Counted from the first letter of the stretch, positions 12,290-25,502 are shown. The stretch is 64,000 nt of DNA from Octopus sinensis (GCF_006345805.1 NC_043002.1:87358001-87422000); one strand, 5' to 3'. The notes: generated by a model not told the origin, from the sequence alone. Made by a program: numbers and translations.

Positions 12290-12560
12290 TATTGCAAGAA
12301 TTTGAAATATGAAAATTGTATAGTTTGCGCCAATAATAATTGGTGCATATATAGACAAATGGTTGAAGGAGATTGGAATAGAATGTCCTCTAGAGATCTT
12401 CTACAGAAAAATTGCCGCTTAGGGACAGGAAAGATTATAGAGAAGGGCTTAAGCACTTAGATTGCGGATACCCAAGGTAGTAACCCGCTACTCACATAAA
12501 TTCTACCAGGAATAAGAACGAACCTGAATCAAATCAAAAATAATGTCGATGATGATGATG
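12290..12560 (+). mobile_element. 3' end of a REL-endonuclease non-LTR retrotransposon (R4/Dong/NeSL-like)
   Basis: Reads APIIIGAYIDKWLKEIGIECPLE, then after a frameshift QKNCRLGTGKIIEKGLST*. Preceded by degenerate (AAT)n. Confidence 0.65.
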
Positions 12561-12579
12561 GACATAGATTAAAAAAAAT

Positions 12580-13260
12580 TAAGACCTAGATCGGGATGGG
12601 GTCTACAAAAACTCAAGAGTTAATAAACGAAATGGTATACAACATGCTACGATAAAGGTATCAGAAACAATCAAGCCTATATCTTTAAAAACTGGTGTAA
12701 ACTCAAAGTGCAGGTTCTGTGACTTATACGATCAAACAATAGGCCATCTTATTTAAGACTGTCCGGCACTGGCACAAAATGAGTAGAAGATCTGCCAGGA
12801 GAAATTAAGAAATTAAGACCCTACCTACATTGGAAGCTATGTAACCTTTGCAAAATGAACACCACCCAAAATAATGCAAAGAAATGCACTAATATTTTGG
12901 GGTTTCGCAGTCAGTACAGACCAGGAAATTCAGGGAAACCGACTAGATATCATCATCAACGTCAGATGAGATAAAACCTGTAAATTAAGTAAGCGTTTCT
13001 CCAGATGAAGATTTCAGTAATAAATGAATTAAAAAAAAAATCTACACAAATACTATACTAAGTCATAGAAATAGAGCGGTATATTGACACGAACCAGTTC
13101 AAACCGTCATTGGGACCATATGTATTATAAGAAAAGTATGAGAAATATCTTTATAATATCCAAGGCGAAAATCTCCCCAGGAAATTAAAATAATAGTACT
13201 GCACATATACTACGTAGGACCCTCTGAATTTAAATATAAATTACAAAGTACGTGGATCTT
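12580..13260 (+). mobile_element. Second REL non-LTR retrotransposon fragment (CCHC knuckle + PD-(D/E)xK region)
   Basis: CRFCDLYDQTIGHLI*DCPALAQNE from 12709 (C-x2-C-x8-H-x4-C); YLHWKLC; TDQEIQGNRLDIII at about 12915-12957. Confidence 0.75.
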
Positions 13261-13306
13261 CCCCACCTCATATAAATTATACTTAATATACCTCTATACA
13301 CACTAT

Positions 13307-13539
13307 AAGGCGGCGAGCTGGCTGAAACGTTAGCACGCCGGGCGAAATGCGTAGCCGTATTTCGTCTGCCTTTACGTTCTGGGGTTCAAATTCCGCCGAG
13401 GTCGACTTTGCCTTTCATCCTTTCGGGGTCGATAAATTAAGTACCAGTTACGCACTGGGGTTGATGTAATCGACTTAATCCGTTTGTCTGTCCTTGTTTG
13501 TCCCCTCTGTGTTTAGCCCCTTGTGGGTAGTAAAGAAAT
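13307..13539 (+). mobile_element. SINE family A, near-intact copy
   Basis: AAGGCGGCGAGCTGGCTGAAACGTTAGCACG head, GGTTCAAATTCC B-box, Deu/Nin-like core, tail ending GTAAAGAAATA. Confidence 0.92.
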
Positions 13540-14994
13540 ATATACCTTTATACAGACTATATTTTATTGTACCCCGGGGGTATGAAAGGCATAGCTGACC
13601 TTGGCGTGATTTGAATTGAGAATTAACCAGAACAATAGAGAAAAGTATTTTGTTGCACGCTTTAACCAATCTACTGCAATAATAATAGTTTCAAATTTTG
13701 GAACAAGGCTAGTAAATTTAAGGGAGGAGATTACTCAATTATATCGACATCATTGCTCAACTCGTACATTTTATTGACATTGAAAGGATGAAAAGCAAAT
13801 ATCAGTAAATTTATTGTGCATTGAACAGTCACACTAAGAAAGACAATATATAACGAGAAATATAGTTGGATTTATGTATTATATGCTCTAAATTTGCGAA
13901 TTCTCACAGAAAAGGTAAAAACATGGAACGAGAGAAAAATCGATGCACTAACAAACTATCTCACATTTGCTAGCATCTTTGAAGGAAGAAAACGCTGAGA
14001 GATATATACAAACTTGTTTTGAGACTATGACTGCCATAAAAATTGCATGACACATTAACAGAGATAATAAAATATTGTATTGTGACAAGCTGAGCAGGTG
14101 TTTATGATAAAAGAAGAAAAATTATATAAATTATCATTTGAGTGTATTTTACTGCGACTTTCAGAAGATATTGTGAACAGTAACAGATATAAATGGCAAG
14201 TGAGGACGTCTTTAGTAACGATGTATGTGAAAGCGAAGTCAGTTATAATAATTATGATAAAATATATGTGATATTTTTGGTCAAAAATTCCTTGGATGAA
14301 AAGAAAAGGGCAGAATTCTATCTGCAGGAGTTGATCCACATGTCTCCTTTAACGCAGGCAGACAGTTTTCCGACTTTTTTCCATCCAAGATATTATTTTT
14401 TTAAATAAAAAAAAAAACTTCAGTGTATTGTAAACCTGTATTTATAGCTGAGTTCGCATCATAATATAAAGACTTATTAATACTTGATACTTTTATATTT
14501 ATGTTCTAAATCTAAACAAACTTTTTCGCTGATAAGATTAAAGCGTCTAATATGGATGGCTCGAAAAGACAAAAGATTGCTTTCGAGTAATTGGTAGCAT
14601 TTTCCTTGGGGATACACCAAATATGTTGTAAAATGATAAACTGATTATATACCTAATCTGAGTAAATTTCTTCAAGATTTCTGTGAAGCCACTACTCTTT
14701 TTCTCCGTCTAAGCTATTCTGTATTGTTTATCGTTGGGTTTGTTACGAGATATATATATACCATTAATAAAGACGTGGTTACAAGGTTCAACATTTACGT
14801 ATTTATTAGCTTGGATTTTTTATGAATAAATCTGGAGAATTGGTCTTCATCTAATATGAATCTGGCCAAGATATCTATAAAATCTCGATGGGCATAGACA
14901 TACCTGTATAATTAAGAAGTTTGCTTTCTAATTACGTATTTCCTGATTCGATTTTAGTGCTCAGTACCTTAGATAAATGTTTCCTATCATAATA

Positions 14995-15210
14995 CTGGTT
15001 TTAAATTTTAACACAAGGCCAGTAATGTCGCGGGAGGGAGATAGTCGTTTATATCGCCCCCAGTATTCAACTAATACTTATTTTGTTGACCTCGAAAGGA
15101 TGAAAGGCAAAGCCGACCTCGGCAGAATTTGAACTCAGAAAGTAAAGATGGACGACATGTCGCTAAGCATTTTGCTCGGCGTGCTAATGATTGTGCAAGT
15201 TCGCCGCTTT
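14995..15210 (-). mobile_element. SINE family A
   Basis: Reverse-complement match to the family consensus seen in the window. Confidence 0.82.
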
Positions 15211-15385
15211 TTTCTACCATGATATTCTGTTCACAACTCGGTGTGTGAAATTTTGCCAACATTATTAGCGTTGACCGAGTTTATTATGTTTTACTATTTC
15301 CACAGTCAAAGGTTTGGATATCTGATTAGTTGACCGATACCGACTGAGAGGACTAACAACATAACCTTACAAATACAGAAATACC

Positions 15386-15827
15386 GGATCTTTTCGGTTT
15401 GAACGGCAGTTTTTAACATAATTTCTAGGTAACTAAAAAATTTTAAACTTCGTATACTGGTAGAATGTATTTATAAAACATCTTTTTCTCTTGGCTTTAT
15501 TGAGAAAATTCTATAGTTTGTAAGATATTTGGTCTTTATTTTCTTGCATTTCGGTAATTTCAACCAATCAATGACCGTCTATTGAGGTGAAAACATTATG
15601 TGCTGTATGAATATGTCCCTCGTTTAAGAAACAGATTGGGTTTATTTACATTTGTGAAGAAAAAAAGATACCTTTCCTCCCACCCCTAACCCTAACCCTA
15701 ATTAACCCTAACTAGCCCTAACCCTAAAACAGATTGAAATGCAATAGATCGATACTAGGGTCATAATTATGGGTGACAATTTCATATGACACCGCTAGAA
15801 AAACTGCCGTTCAAACCGAAAAGATCC
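15386..15827. mobile_element. Merlin-like MITE, copy 2, with a CCCTAA tract at about 15685-15727
   Basis: TIRs GGATCTTTTCGGTTTGAACGGCAGTTTTT / AAAAACTGCCGTTCAAACCGAAAAGATCC; perfect 8-bp TSD GAAATACC (15378-15385, 15828-15835). Confidence 0.93.
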
Positions 15828-17439
15828 GAAATACCTACTCTTACAAATATAAATTACATTTTGCAATTTCTCTTTATTCGTGAAGACAAGGAAAGAAATA
15901 TGTTGCTGGTGTTCACTTATCCTCCATGGTTTTGAAATATCATAAAAATATGAGTTAAGGGTGGAGGAAGGTAAGAAAAATTTAAGGAAAGGGTGTGGTA
16001 GCTATGATTAAAATTTTAATGTGGCTAAAATGGCTCCTATTTTCTTTAATCATAATTTCCTTCCATATTTAATGTTTTTATTTAGAAATGTATTAACTCT
16101 TTGATCCAAATTTTGCATGTGAAAAAGGCGATTTACGCTGTTTTTATTTTTCTTTAACTGCATATTTTAAAAATATCTTCGTGGCATTTAATATTTATTC
16201 CTATTTAAATTCTTTATTTACTTTTAAGCCACTTCCAAATGAACAATTTTTTTCTCCTTCTTCAATAGAAAAGTTATACACATCTTGCATTCTTAGCTCA
16301 ATTATCTGTCTCTCTCTTTCCCTCTCTCTCCTCCTTACTTACTTTCTGTCTTTTCTATCTATCTTTTTCTCATATTGTCACAGAAAAACAATGCAGGAAA
16401 GATGTTATCTTTAGTTTTATTTTACACGATCGTCTTGTATGAATTGGTAATTTGAATTTACTCCGAATTAAAAAAAAAAAACTATTTTGATAGCAATCGT
16501 AATAATGTACATGAGAATGATAATGGAGGCACAGACATAGCTGTGTGGTAAAGAAATTAGACTCTTAACAACGCAATTTCACTCTTGGTTCAGCTATACA
16601 GAATTTTGAATACGCATTTTCTACTGCAGGTTGACTAATGTCTTGTGAATAGAGTTTGGTGACAGAAACTGGATACCTTAGATATTGTTAGCAGAGTTCA
16701 CCTTACAGTATGTATTTGGTCCAGGCCTTCGGTCTGAGGATGACCTACTTTCATTTTTCTACCGTTTGAAGACCCTTCAAAAATGTAGGTGCCACACCCT
16801 GCTGCCGACTTATCTCAGAAACCTTGATATTATCATGTGCCAAAAGAAGAAATCAAACAGGACAGCAGACATGTCAAAGAATAACAAACAAATTATATGC
16901 CTTAATTTCATAGTTTCATTTTCAATACGTGCTTAAGCAACCTAAATTTTATGTTCAACATGTGTTTAAGCAGTCTGAGTTATTTTCTCCAAGATTTCTG
17001 TGTAATAGCTGACACGTACAAGAACATTTAAAGATATTTTCACCTACTTGAGTTAGTAATTCGTGCCAATGTTACGAAATCTACAGTTTATACCCTCAAA
17101 GATCCCAGTAAATTCCGATTAATTGGAAGAGAGAGGGAGAGAGAGAGAGAGTTGGAAGAGGAAACGAACGAAATTATGTTATCTGAAGAAACACTCCTGG
17201 TAATACAATTCTTGTAGAGAAACCTGCGTTATTGCTTTTAAGAAAAACGACGACTACCAATTTGGACATGCATGAGTAAGTTAAATATACGGCACTAAGC
17301 AACAGTTAGATTCGATGTCATCGTTTCGAGAGAACATAGGAATGGAATTGACAAGGAGATTTATTTACCTAATGATAAATCATAGCAGACATTGGAAACG
17401 GGCAGCGTAGTAAAATCAACAACTTGCCTATTTATTTTC

Positions 17440-17830
17440 TGTTGGAGGTAAATTTCTGCTGTGACAGCATTTTATCCTACCTTGGAAGAGACATATTTCT
17501 TTCAGAAAAGAAAAAAAGATGATCGCCAGTAATAAGTAAAATAAATAATAATCTGCAACCAGAAGCAGGTCGTATTATAATCATTAACACTGGTTTCTCA
17601 TTACATGGCTGTTGAGCCTCATACGACTCGTCGCGTTGTCTACAGATATTTCAGCTAGCTCTCGCGGTGTCAGTTACATTAGTCTATTCCATAGGGAAAA
17701 AAACATGTCACTTGATCTAAATTTAGTCAGTTCTCTTTTAATTCAAGATAATTTTCACTTTTTTCTTGGGATATATCTGTGATAGGTTCCATAGCGATAA
17801 TGATGTCACATGCTTTTTGTAATGTTTTAG
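17440..17830 (-). mobile_element. Possible RTE-clade LINE C-terminal remnant
   Basis: The minus strand gives RMRLNSHVMRN, resembling the RTE R.RL.GHV.R motif. Very decayed. Confidence 0.3.
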
Positions 17831-18419
17831 TCAAGGAGAAAAGCCGGTACTCCTAACCTTACTCCAAGGCCTCGGAGACTTGAACGAGCGAGCGATGAAG
17901 CTATCCTTAAACCGAAGACCAGGACCGGTTGCTTGCATCAAAGTGGAATCCGCTTAGGGCGCCTAAAATGTCAGGTGGTGGTCGTCAACCGGACGACGGA
18001 TTAAGCCATCACTTAAGTTGGTGGTGGTAGGACTTGAGCACAAAATGCAAAGAGCCTGTGCTGATACCACAAGGAATCGGTTATGCACATCCATACATCA
18101 TTGTCCTAGACAGGTGCTTTTTATTCTTGACTACCCCCACCGAAAAACAAAAGGTCAAAGTTGACATTAGCGGGATTTTAACTCAGAGTATAGAGAATGG
18201 GAACAAATATGTCTCAAACGACTCTTCCAGTTCGCCGCGTGGATAAGCTGATGAAATTAATACAATAATGCAGAGAATTAGTAGAAATTCAGTGTGCTTA
18301 ATTATCCCAGCTGCTGTAAGTCTAAAGACTACAGTAAGGTCTCGGCAATGAAATTCCTCTATTGACCAATAGAAATCTATATATAGCATTAAATTTTATT
18401 TCTCCTAAATTATATTCTA

Positions 18420-18660
18420 TTCTTTTAGTCTTTTACTTCTTTTAGTCATTTGACTGTCGCCATGCTGGAGCACCGCCTTTAGTCGAGTAAACCGACAACA
18501 GGACTTATTCTTTGCAAGCCTAGTACTTATTCTATCGGGTTGTTTTGCCGAACCGCTAAGTTATGGGGACGTAAACACACCAGCATCGGTTGCCAAACGA
18601 TGTTGGGGGACAAACACAGACACACAAACATACACACACACATACATACACACACACATA
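18420..18660 (-). mobile_element. SINE family C, 3' half
   Basis: CCATGCTGGAGCACCGCCTTTAGTCGAG...CCGAACCGCTAAGTTA matches 47487-47700. Confidence 0.85.
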
Positions 18661-19115
18661 CATACATATATACATATATACTTGTTGATCAAGTGCCACG
18701 TATCAGAGGTGGATTCACATATTAGTGAAGCTCATTCAGCGGTGGTGCCCCAGCATGGCCGCGGCCTTCGGGCTAAAACGTTTTAAAGGATTTTAAGGAT
18801 ATACGATATATAAAATATATATTTAATTTCTTGTAGGTATTGAACAAACTTGATAAAGAAAACATTTTGACTTCCATAAAAAAAGCAATAAAGTCAAACT
18901 TCTCGACTCTTCGTCTCTTTTGGCTGTCTATAATCGCGTATGTGTAAAGAAATGAAAGAGGGTTATTAGTAAATAGCATAAAATTGAAACAGTCGGTCTC
19001 GGTTTATTTCTGGTATCGTTTTCTTCAATACCAGAATTATTTTAATGAAGAATTTTAGGTACCCTATAAATATTCTATAAGAATAAATACATGCATACGT
19101 ACATATATTCTTTAA

Positions 19116-19241
19116 CATACATACATACATACATACATACATACATACATACATACATGTATACATACATACATACATACATGTATACATACATACATAC
19201 ATACATACATACATACATACATACATACATACATACATACA
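19116..19241. repeat. (ACAT)n microsatellite
   Basis: Seen directly. Confidence 0.95.
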
Positions 19242-20311
19242 TGTGTACGTACGTATGAATGCATAGCAACGTAAATATTCTTGGACAGAATGTGAGAACA
19301 AAGAATGAATATCTGAAGGAAGGTCTTTAAAATATGATCGTCTGAACTCTCACATAACAACAAGCATATCGCCCAGGACACTTTGCAGTGCGCTCCACTT
19401 TCCCACAGCTGGAATTCTAAAGTATCTTACTATATATATATATATCTATATTACCCAAATTTGGGATAGCTAATGAATTTGAAAAACAGAACTGGTCTCC
19501 ATGAAATTTGAAGAGAATGATTAAATACCGCATTTACGTGTTTTGTTCGTTGCTTTACCAATTCTGCTACTTCTCTTCTTTTCTATCTTTAACCATTATT
19601 CATTAATTAATAAAGGAGTGACTGGCTCGAATGCTTGAAACAAGATGTACTTCTCCAAAGACGCCCAAAGACCAAGTGTGATATTAATTCAGAACGGGGC
19701 AGTGTTTTCAAATGTCCCGGCAGATTTCTGCATTGATATTTATTCAACTCCAGACATAAAAATTCTATTTTGGTATCAATTTAAACTTAGAACCAAAAAG
19801 AAACCGATTACCATAAAAAGATGTCGTTCGTTTGACTTTTGCTCCAATCAGCTACAGTTCTGCACCTTGCATCAGTAATTGCTAACGGCTATTTCGGTAT
19901 CTTTTGGTTGGCTTCGATTATATTTCTATAATTCTTAGAATAAAAAAAAATCAATCAAGCTATCTCTCCGGGTTCCAGTTCTGGGTGACGTTTGTCAGAA
20001 AGTGATTTTATTTTATTTTAAACCTGACATTTGGATTATTCGCTAAAATCCATTACCGATACCTTATCGGTACCTTATTATTTGAAGTCATATAATGTCA
20101 GTGACTAACTTGTATCCCATTATTACTGAAACCAGAGAAATCGCTTCCATTCAAATGTGCTGAAAATTATAATTAAGCTGAAATAAGAACTATGACGCTG
20201 TGTTTTTGGTAGACATATAGGACTTATAATATTGTCGTTGCATTTCTCCGCTCTCTACCTCGGAATGTGCATATATAGATATATATATGTGTGTGTGTGT
20301 GTGTGTAGAAA

Positions 20312-20368
<57 letters not shown>

Positions 20369-21249
20369 ATTTGTGTGTGTGCGTGAGTGTGTGACTGTAT
20401 ATTTGCAATAACATCGCAGTATGTACGGATGGACGATTAGAGACTGGTATTTTAGATGCTAGTACAAGCTTAATCTCTGTTTGACCTTTATGTCTGAGAC
20501 AGTTTTGTGACATTTCAAGCAACTTGGTTTATTTACAAAAAAAATTATGCAAATATCTGCTTATCGCCTAATCTACTGAGATTAGTAAGAAACTCACCAA
20601 ATCGTGACGTCTTCTCATCTCAAGATAAGCTTCCTACAACTCGAATCCTTTCCCACAAGTCACAGACGTTATCATTCATGTATACATTTATTTATATTTG
20701 AGCTTCACATTTTCACTATACTATAATCTCTACGGTGTTGTATTTCGGAAAGTAAAATAATTCTAAGCTATGTTTATGGCCGAAGTTTCACTTTGCAATT
20801 CTTTGTGTATTCAGTGGGACATAAATGCAGTAAAACCAATGACACATTATCGCGTAAGTAATCCAATCTTTTAAACTGTGATTCGGTATTAATTACAATT
20901 CTCTTAAGAGTTTATTCAGTCCATACATTCTTAGAGATTTCATGTAAAGAGAATATAAGTAGTGTAATCCGGATTAAAGTTTGGTTCTGGTGGCGGAATA
21001 AATGTAAATACTAACAAACAGAAATAACTGAAGATTCCTTGGACAATTAGACTACATAAAACGAGATAATATTTTATAACAAATTTGCTTACTGTGCTCT
21101 CTAAATTGTTTTTTTTTTCAAGTTTGCTTTTCTTACATATTTAAAAGCAAGTCTTTATAACCTGGGGATCATTTCTCCTTATATCAAATGAACAAACTGG
21201 GAAACGTGGAATAGAATAACTGTGAGGTTAAGAAGTTTATCTAGTAACT

Positions 21250-21450
21250 ACGAGTTATCGATTTCAATCCTAATGCGCGACATCTTCTGTAAATGTCTGC
21301 TACTATAGCCCCGAGAGATCGATAGACAGTAGATGTACGGAAGTCTGGCGAGAAGAACTGTCCCATATTTTGGAGTGTAATATAAAACTAATCCATCTCT
21401 GAATTTAATGCAACCATCGTACACCTTGTGGGATTTTGCGAAACTCATTC
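21250..21450 (-). mobile_element. Possible RTE-type RT remnant
   Basis: The minus strand has CAAGGTGTACGA-TGGTTGCATT, a frameshifted GVR(Q)GCI motif, followed by HLQKMSRIRIEID. Confidence 0.35.
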
Positions 21451-21565
21451 GTTCGTTCGTTCCTTCGTTCCTCCTTTCCACCGAATCCTTCAAAAGGATT
21501 CTAGGTGTTGCGCTTGTTCCTCTGTTGTTATCACAAAAATGGTAAATAACTTTTGAACCATTCAG

Positions 21566-21629
<64 letters not shown>

Positions 21630-21776
21630 TATATATATATTACGGAAATGTACTTGCATAGCAAGTACCTGACCTGAGATCTTGTGCTGAAACAAAAACA
21701 ATTGCAGCGTGGAAGGTGTGTATAATCCATTTAAAACGCACCAAAACCGTTATATTCATTTCAACATTTAAATTTG

Positions 21777-21876
21777 NNNNNNNNNNNNNNNNNNNNNNNN
21801 NNNNNNNNNNNNNNNNNNNNNNNNNNNNNNNNNNNNNNNNNNNNNNNNNNNNNNNNNNNNNNNNNNNNNNNNNNNN
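21777..21876. other. Assembly gap (100 N)
   Basis: Exactly 100 N, typical of an unknown-size scaffold gap; followed by a TA-rich tract (21877-22062). Confidence 0.99.
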
Positions 21877-21939
21877 ATATATATATATATATCTATATAT
21901 ATATATATATATGTATATGTATATATATATATAGATATG

Positions 21940-21970
<31 letters not shown>

Positions 21971-22987
21971 GTATATGTATATGTATATATATATGTATAT
22001 GTATATGTATATGTATAAATATATGTATGTGTGTGTACTTATATATATATATATATATATATAATTAATAATAAGGGTGAGAGAATTAGATATATATATA
22101 TGGTGGTTTCCACTCATGCTGAGTTTCGTCACCTCCCGTACCTACACCTTAGAACCATCATGGCGGTTGATGAGACTTTTTAAACAGGACGATGTTTTGA
22201 AGAGAGACCCAATAGATTGCATATCCGATTTCGACCACCAAGAGCTGCAGTCAAGTTCTGATCTTTGTGGATCTTAAAATGTCTTTTGAGGCCTCCATTA
22301 GATTTGCAGACCTTCTGACATATATTGTATGTTGATACAGCTGTGTTACTGTATGTTCGTATGTGTATGTATATGTATGCATATAGTTTTACTGATAGAC
22401 CTAATTACTGTTTTCTCGCCATCTAATTATACCTGTCCTTATGCACACTTTAATATTAATCTTATTCTAATTATGGGAGGGGCTTCTGGATTTCCTCACC
22501 CCATATATGCTGTCTCATTGGTAATGTTTTCTCTGTATATGCGTAAATGTAATTGTTTTCCGCAAATAAATTGCACTTCATATTTGAGGCTCCGATGAAG
22601 CTATTAAGTGTTACTCAGGCATTTAACTATGAGTCCACTAGAAACTAATGAAGCTCATCAGATAATTGCTTATTACTTTGTCATCTAATTTTCTTATTAC
22701 TGCTGTGTGACTAACACTTCGTTCTGAAGCATAGTATATTGAGTTTTACACCAGATTATTAGTATCACGAAGCCTAAGCGAAGTATCTTATATATGTGAA
22801 CTAGTCATGCCATAAACACTAGAAGTAAAAGTGTTATCTGATTTTCAAAGAGGGCTATTGTGGATCAATCTGATGGTAAACTTAGCTAGCTTGATAATGC
22901 AGAAAAGCTTGGATTCCTCTTGGTAATGTCAGCAGAGTGATTGTACAAAATACAGGAAAAAGAAAGGAATCAACAGCAATCCACTGA

Positions 22988-23804
22988 AACGAATGGGACC
23001 TGTGTCTGAACGTGTCAAAGTGCTGTCATCTGCCTGTTGGCTCTCCTCCTGCAACTCAACTTGATTTCGAACCGGGTCGTCTGCTGCTGGAGAGGACCGA
23101 TCAGGTAAAGGACCTGGGTATCTTGATGGATTCCTCCTTTTCGCCTTCGGCCCAGTGAGTCCATGCTGCCAACAAAGCACGCGGAGTTCTGTTCTTGATT
23201 CGACGGTCATTCGGAATGCTCACAGCAGCCATGTTCCTACCGCTCTACGTCACGCTGGAGAGACCCATATTGGAGTACGGGATTCAAGCCTCTTCTCCTT
23301 ATCTCCTCAAAGACATACAGCATCTCGAAAGAGTCCAGAAGCTGGCTACCCGCATGGTTCTTGGTCTCAAGAATTTGTTTTATGAAGAAAGGCTGAAGAC
23401 GCTCGACCTTTATTCTCTAGAAAAACGACGACGCCGTGGTGATCTCATTCTTGCTCACAACATCATAAGCGGAAAATGTAACCTCTCGAAAGAGCTGTTC
23501 TTCACTCCTGCTCCAGAGCGTCGGCTGCGGGGTCATTCCGAAAAGCTCTATCTCCGACGATTTCATCTCAATCGAAGGAGAGGGGCTTTCTCCGTCCGGG
23601 TTGCGGATCCGTGGAATAAGCTGCCGGACGAGATAGTGAAGATGCCGACGACCGCTCGGTTCAAATTCTCTCTTGACCACAAGTGGCCTGAACTCTTTAC
23701 ATGAACACCACCCTGTACATAACTCCATGTCCCCCTACATGGCCTTGCTTTTTGCTTTTTGAGCCCAAAAATTAACTAATTAACTAACTAACTAACTAAC
23801 TAAC
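22988..23804 (+). mobile_element. 5'-truncated CR1/L2-like LINE with (TAAC)n tail
   Basis: One frame 22988-23704 with a single TGA at 23156-23158: NEWDLCLNVSKC...DQVKDLGILMDS...RPILEYGIQASSPY...LERVQKLATRM...YEERLKTLDLYSLEKRRRRGDLI...FSVRVADPWNKLP. Short 3' UTR, then (TAAC)n at 23773-23804. Confidence 0.9.
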
Positions 23805-23857
23805 AAATAAGGGATAACTAAGAATTGATGACCAATTATCAAAGAGCAGCTAGAAGA

Positions 23858-23859
<2 letters not shown>

Positions 23860-23935
<76 letters not shown>

Positions 23936-23991
23936 GTCTATCTGTCTGTCTCTCTGTCTGTCTGTCTCTCTGTCTGTCTGTCTCTCTCTCT

Positions 23992-24046
<55 letters not shown>

Positions 24047-24058
24047 TATATATATATA
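23860..24058. repeat. Compound (TATC)(TGTC)(TC)(TA) microsatellite
   Basis: Seen directly. Confidence 0.95.
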
Positions 24059-24109
24059 GTTAATCCAAACATGAAAACACAACAACGCGAGGACGTAGAA
24101 GAAATATAG

Positions 24110-24184
24110 TATTATTGGACGCTCAGGGAGGAAGGGAAGAAGGAGGGTTTTACGTTTCGAGCGGAGCTCTTCGTCAGAAACATA
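24110..24184 (-). ncRNA. Hammerhead-like motif (type I, weak stems I and III)
   Basis: Minus strand: CUGACGA-A-GAGC-UCC-GCUC-GAAA-CGU...GCG-UC; see findings. Confidence 0.45.
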
Positions 24185-24513
24185 GGAAAAGGAAAGATCC
24201 AGAGAAGGGAAGACGGAGGTAAACAAAATCGCCAACGGTACACACGCGGTCATATTTACATACGTATTATAAGCAGTCACAATGCGCTTCTTGATACTGT
24301 TGTAGCTTTCAAATCATACCAATCCACTCGCTAGAATGGTAGTCCGTCGTGTTGTGACCTATTCACAGCTGAGACGAGTGAGCAACGTGAAATTAAGTGT
24401 TTTACGGAAGAACACAACTCACCGCCATTATGGGAATGGAAACCGCGTTCTTGCGATCGTGAGTACAAGAGCCTAACGTCTAAGGTACGTGCCTTCATAC
24501 ACACACACAAACA

Positions 24514-24557
<44 letters not shown>

Positions 24558-25020
24558 CGTAACTATGCGTGTGTGTGTGAGTGTGTGCGCGTTTCACGTG
24601 ATTTCGAAAACAAACTAAATTACCACAGATATAAATATTGAAACATAAAATAGATACACAACCATTGATTAGTTTTATTAAACTACCAGGAAGGTTTACA
24701 TTTTAAAACGAAACATATGAAACTTTTTCTTAGATTGATACTTGAGATGTTTATTATCATTTACCAATGCTTTCTGTTGCAAATATTCATGTTTCGGAGA
24801 AGAAAATACCACGCAACAATATAAGAATTAACATTTAACATCAATTTCTTTTTTATTATTTCTTCTTACATCCACACTTCTTTGTCAAAACAGGCTGAAA
24901 TAATTCAATGTGAAGTCAACTTAAATGTTATCATTCAGTTCAAGTTCGTAAATACTGCGTCATTATTTCCATCAACTTCAGCGATTTTCCACGAGAGACC
25001 GTCAAACTTATGTCATCGTA

Positions 25021-25057
<37 letters not shown>

Positions 25058-25299
25058 TAGAAAGAGTGAATATATATATATATATATATATATATAGATA
25101 AACGCCTAATTGATGTATATATGTATGTATATATGATTAATTGATTGGAACCTACACAGTGCTGTATGATAAATAACGATGTAAGTTTAATGTACCCACA
25201 TTTAATAAATACACATTTCCCGTCTCATTCTGATCTGTAGCTATTGAGCTTAATTATTTTTTCTCTGTGATCAGGAAAATATAGAGGTCGTCCTGGCTA

Positions 25300-25502
25300 T
25301 TGGTTTTAAAATTTGGCACAAGGCCAGGAAGCTCAGGTGAGTAGATAAGTCGATTATATCGACCCCTAGTTCTCAACTGGTACTTATTTCATCGAATATG
25401 AAAGTATGAAAGGCAAAGTCCACCTCGTCAGAATTTGAACTCGGACGGAATGCTGCTAAGCATTTCGCCCGGTGTGCTAACGATTCTGCCAGCTCGCCGC
25501 CG
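25300..25502 (-). mobile_element. SINE family A
   Basis: Ends GCCAGCTCGCCGCC. Confidence 0.85.

Noticed and set aside
14166-14202. Possible micro-exon (TTTCAG|...GGCAA|GTGAGG)
   Set aside because: Unrecognisable peptide; no support beyond splice-like dinucleotides.
17176-17240. CTGAAGA ... GAAAC motif
   Set aside because: Stem II absent and stem I weak; likely chance.
18837-18937. 101-nt open segment between a good acceptor and GTATGT (VLNKLDKENILTSIKKAIKSNFSTLRLFWLSII)
   Set aside because: No recognisable homology or partner exon; such segments are expected by chance in 64 kb.
22100-22660. Two relic hammerhead-like cores (minus about 22100-22170; plus about 22584-22652)
   Set aside because: Core nucleotides are mutated (CCGATGA, no U16.1; or no CUGA box); mentioned only as weak context.
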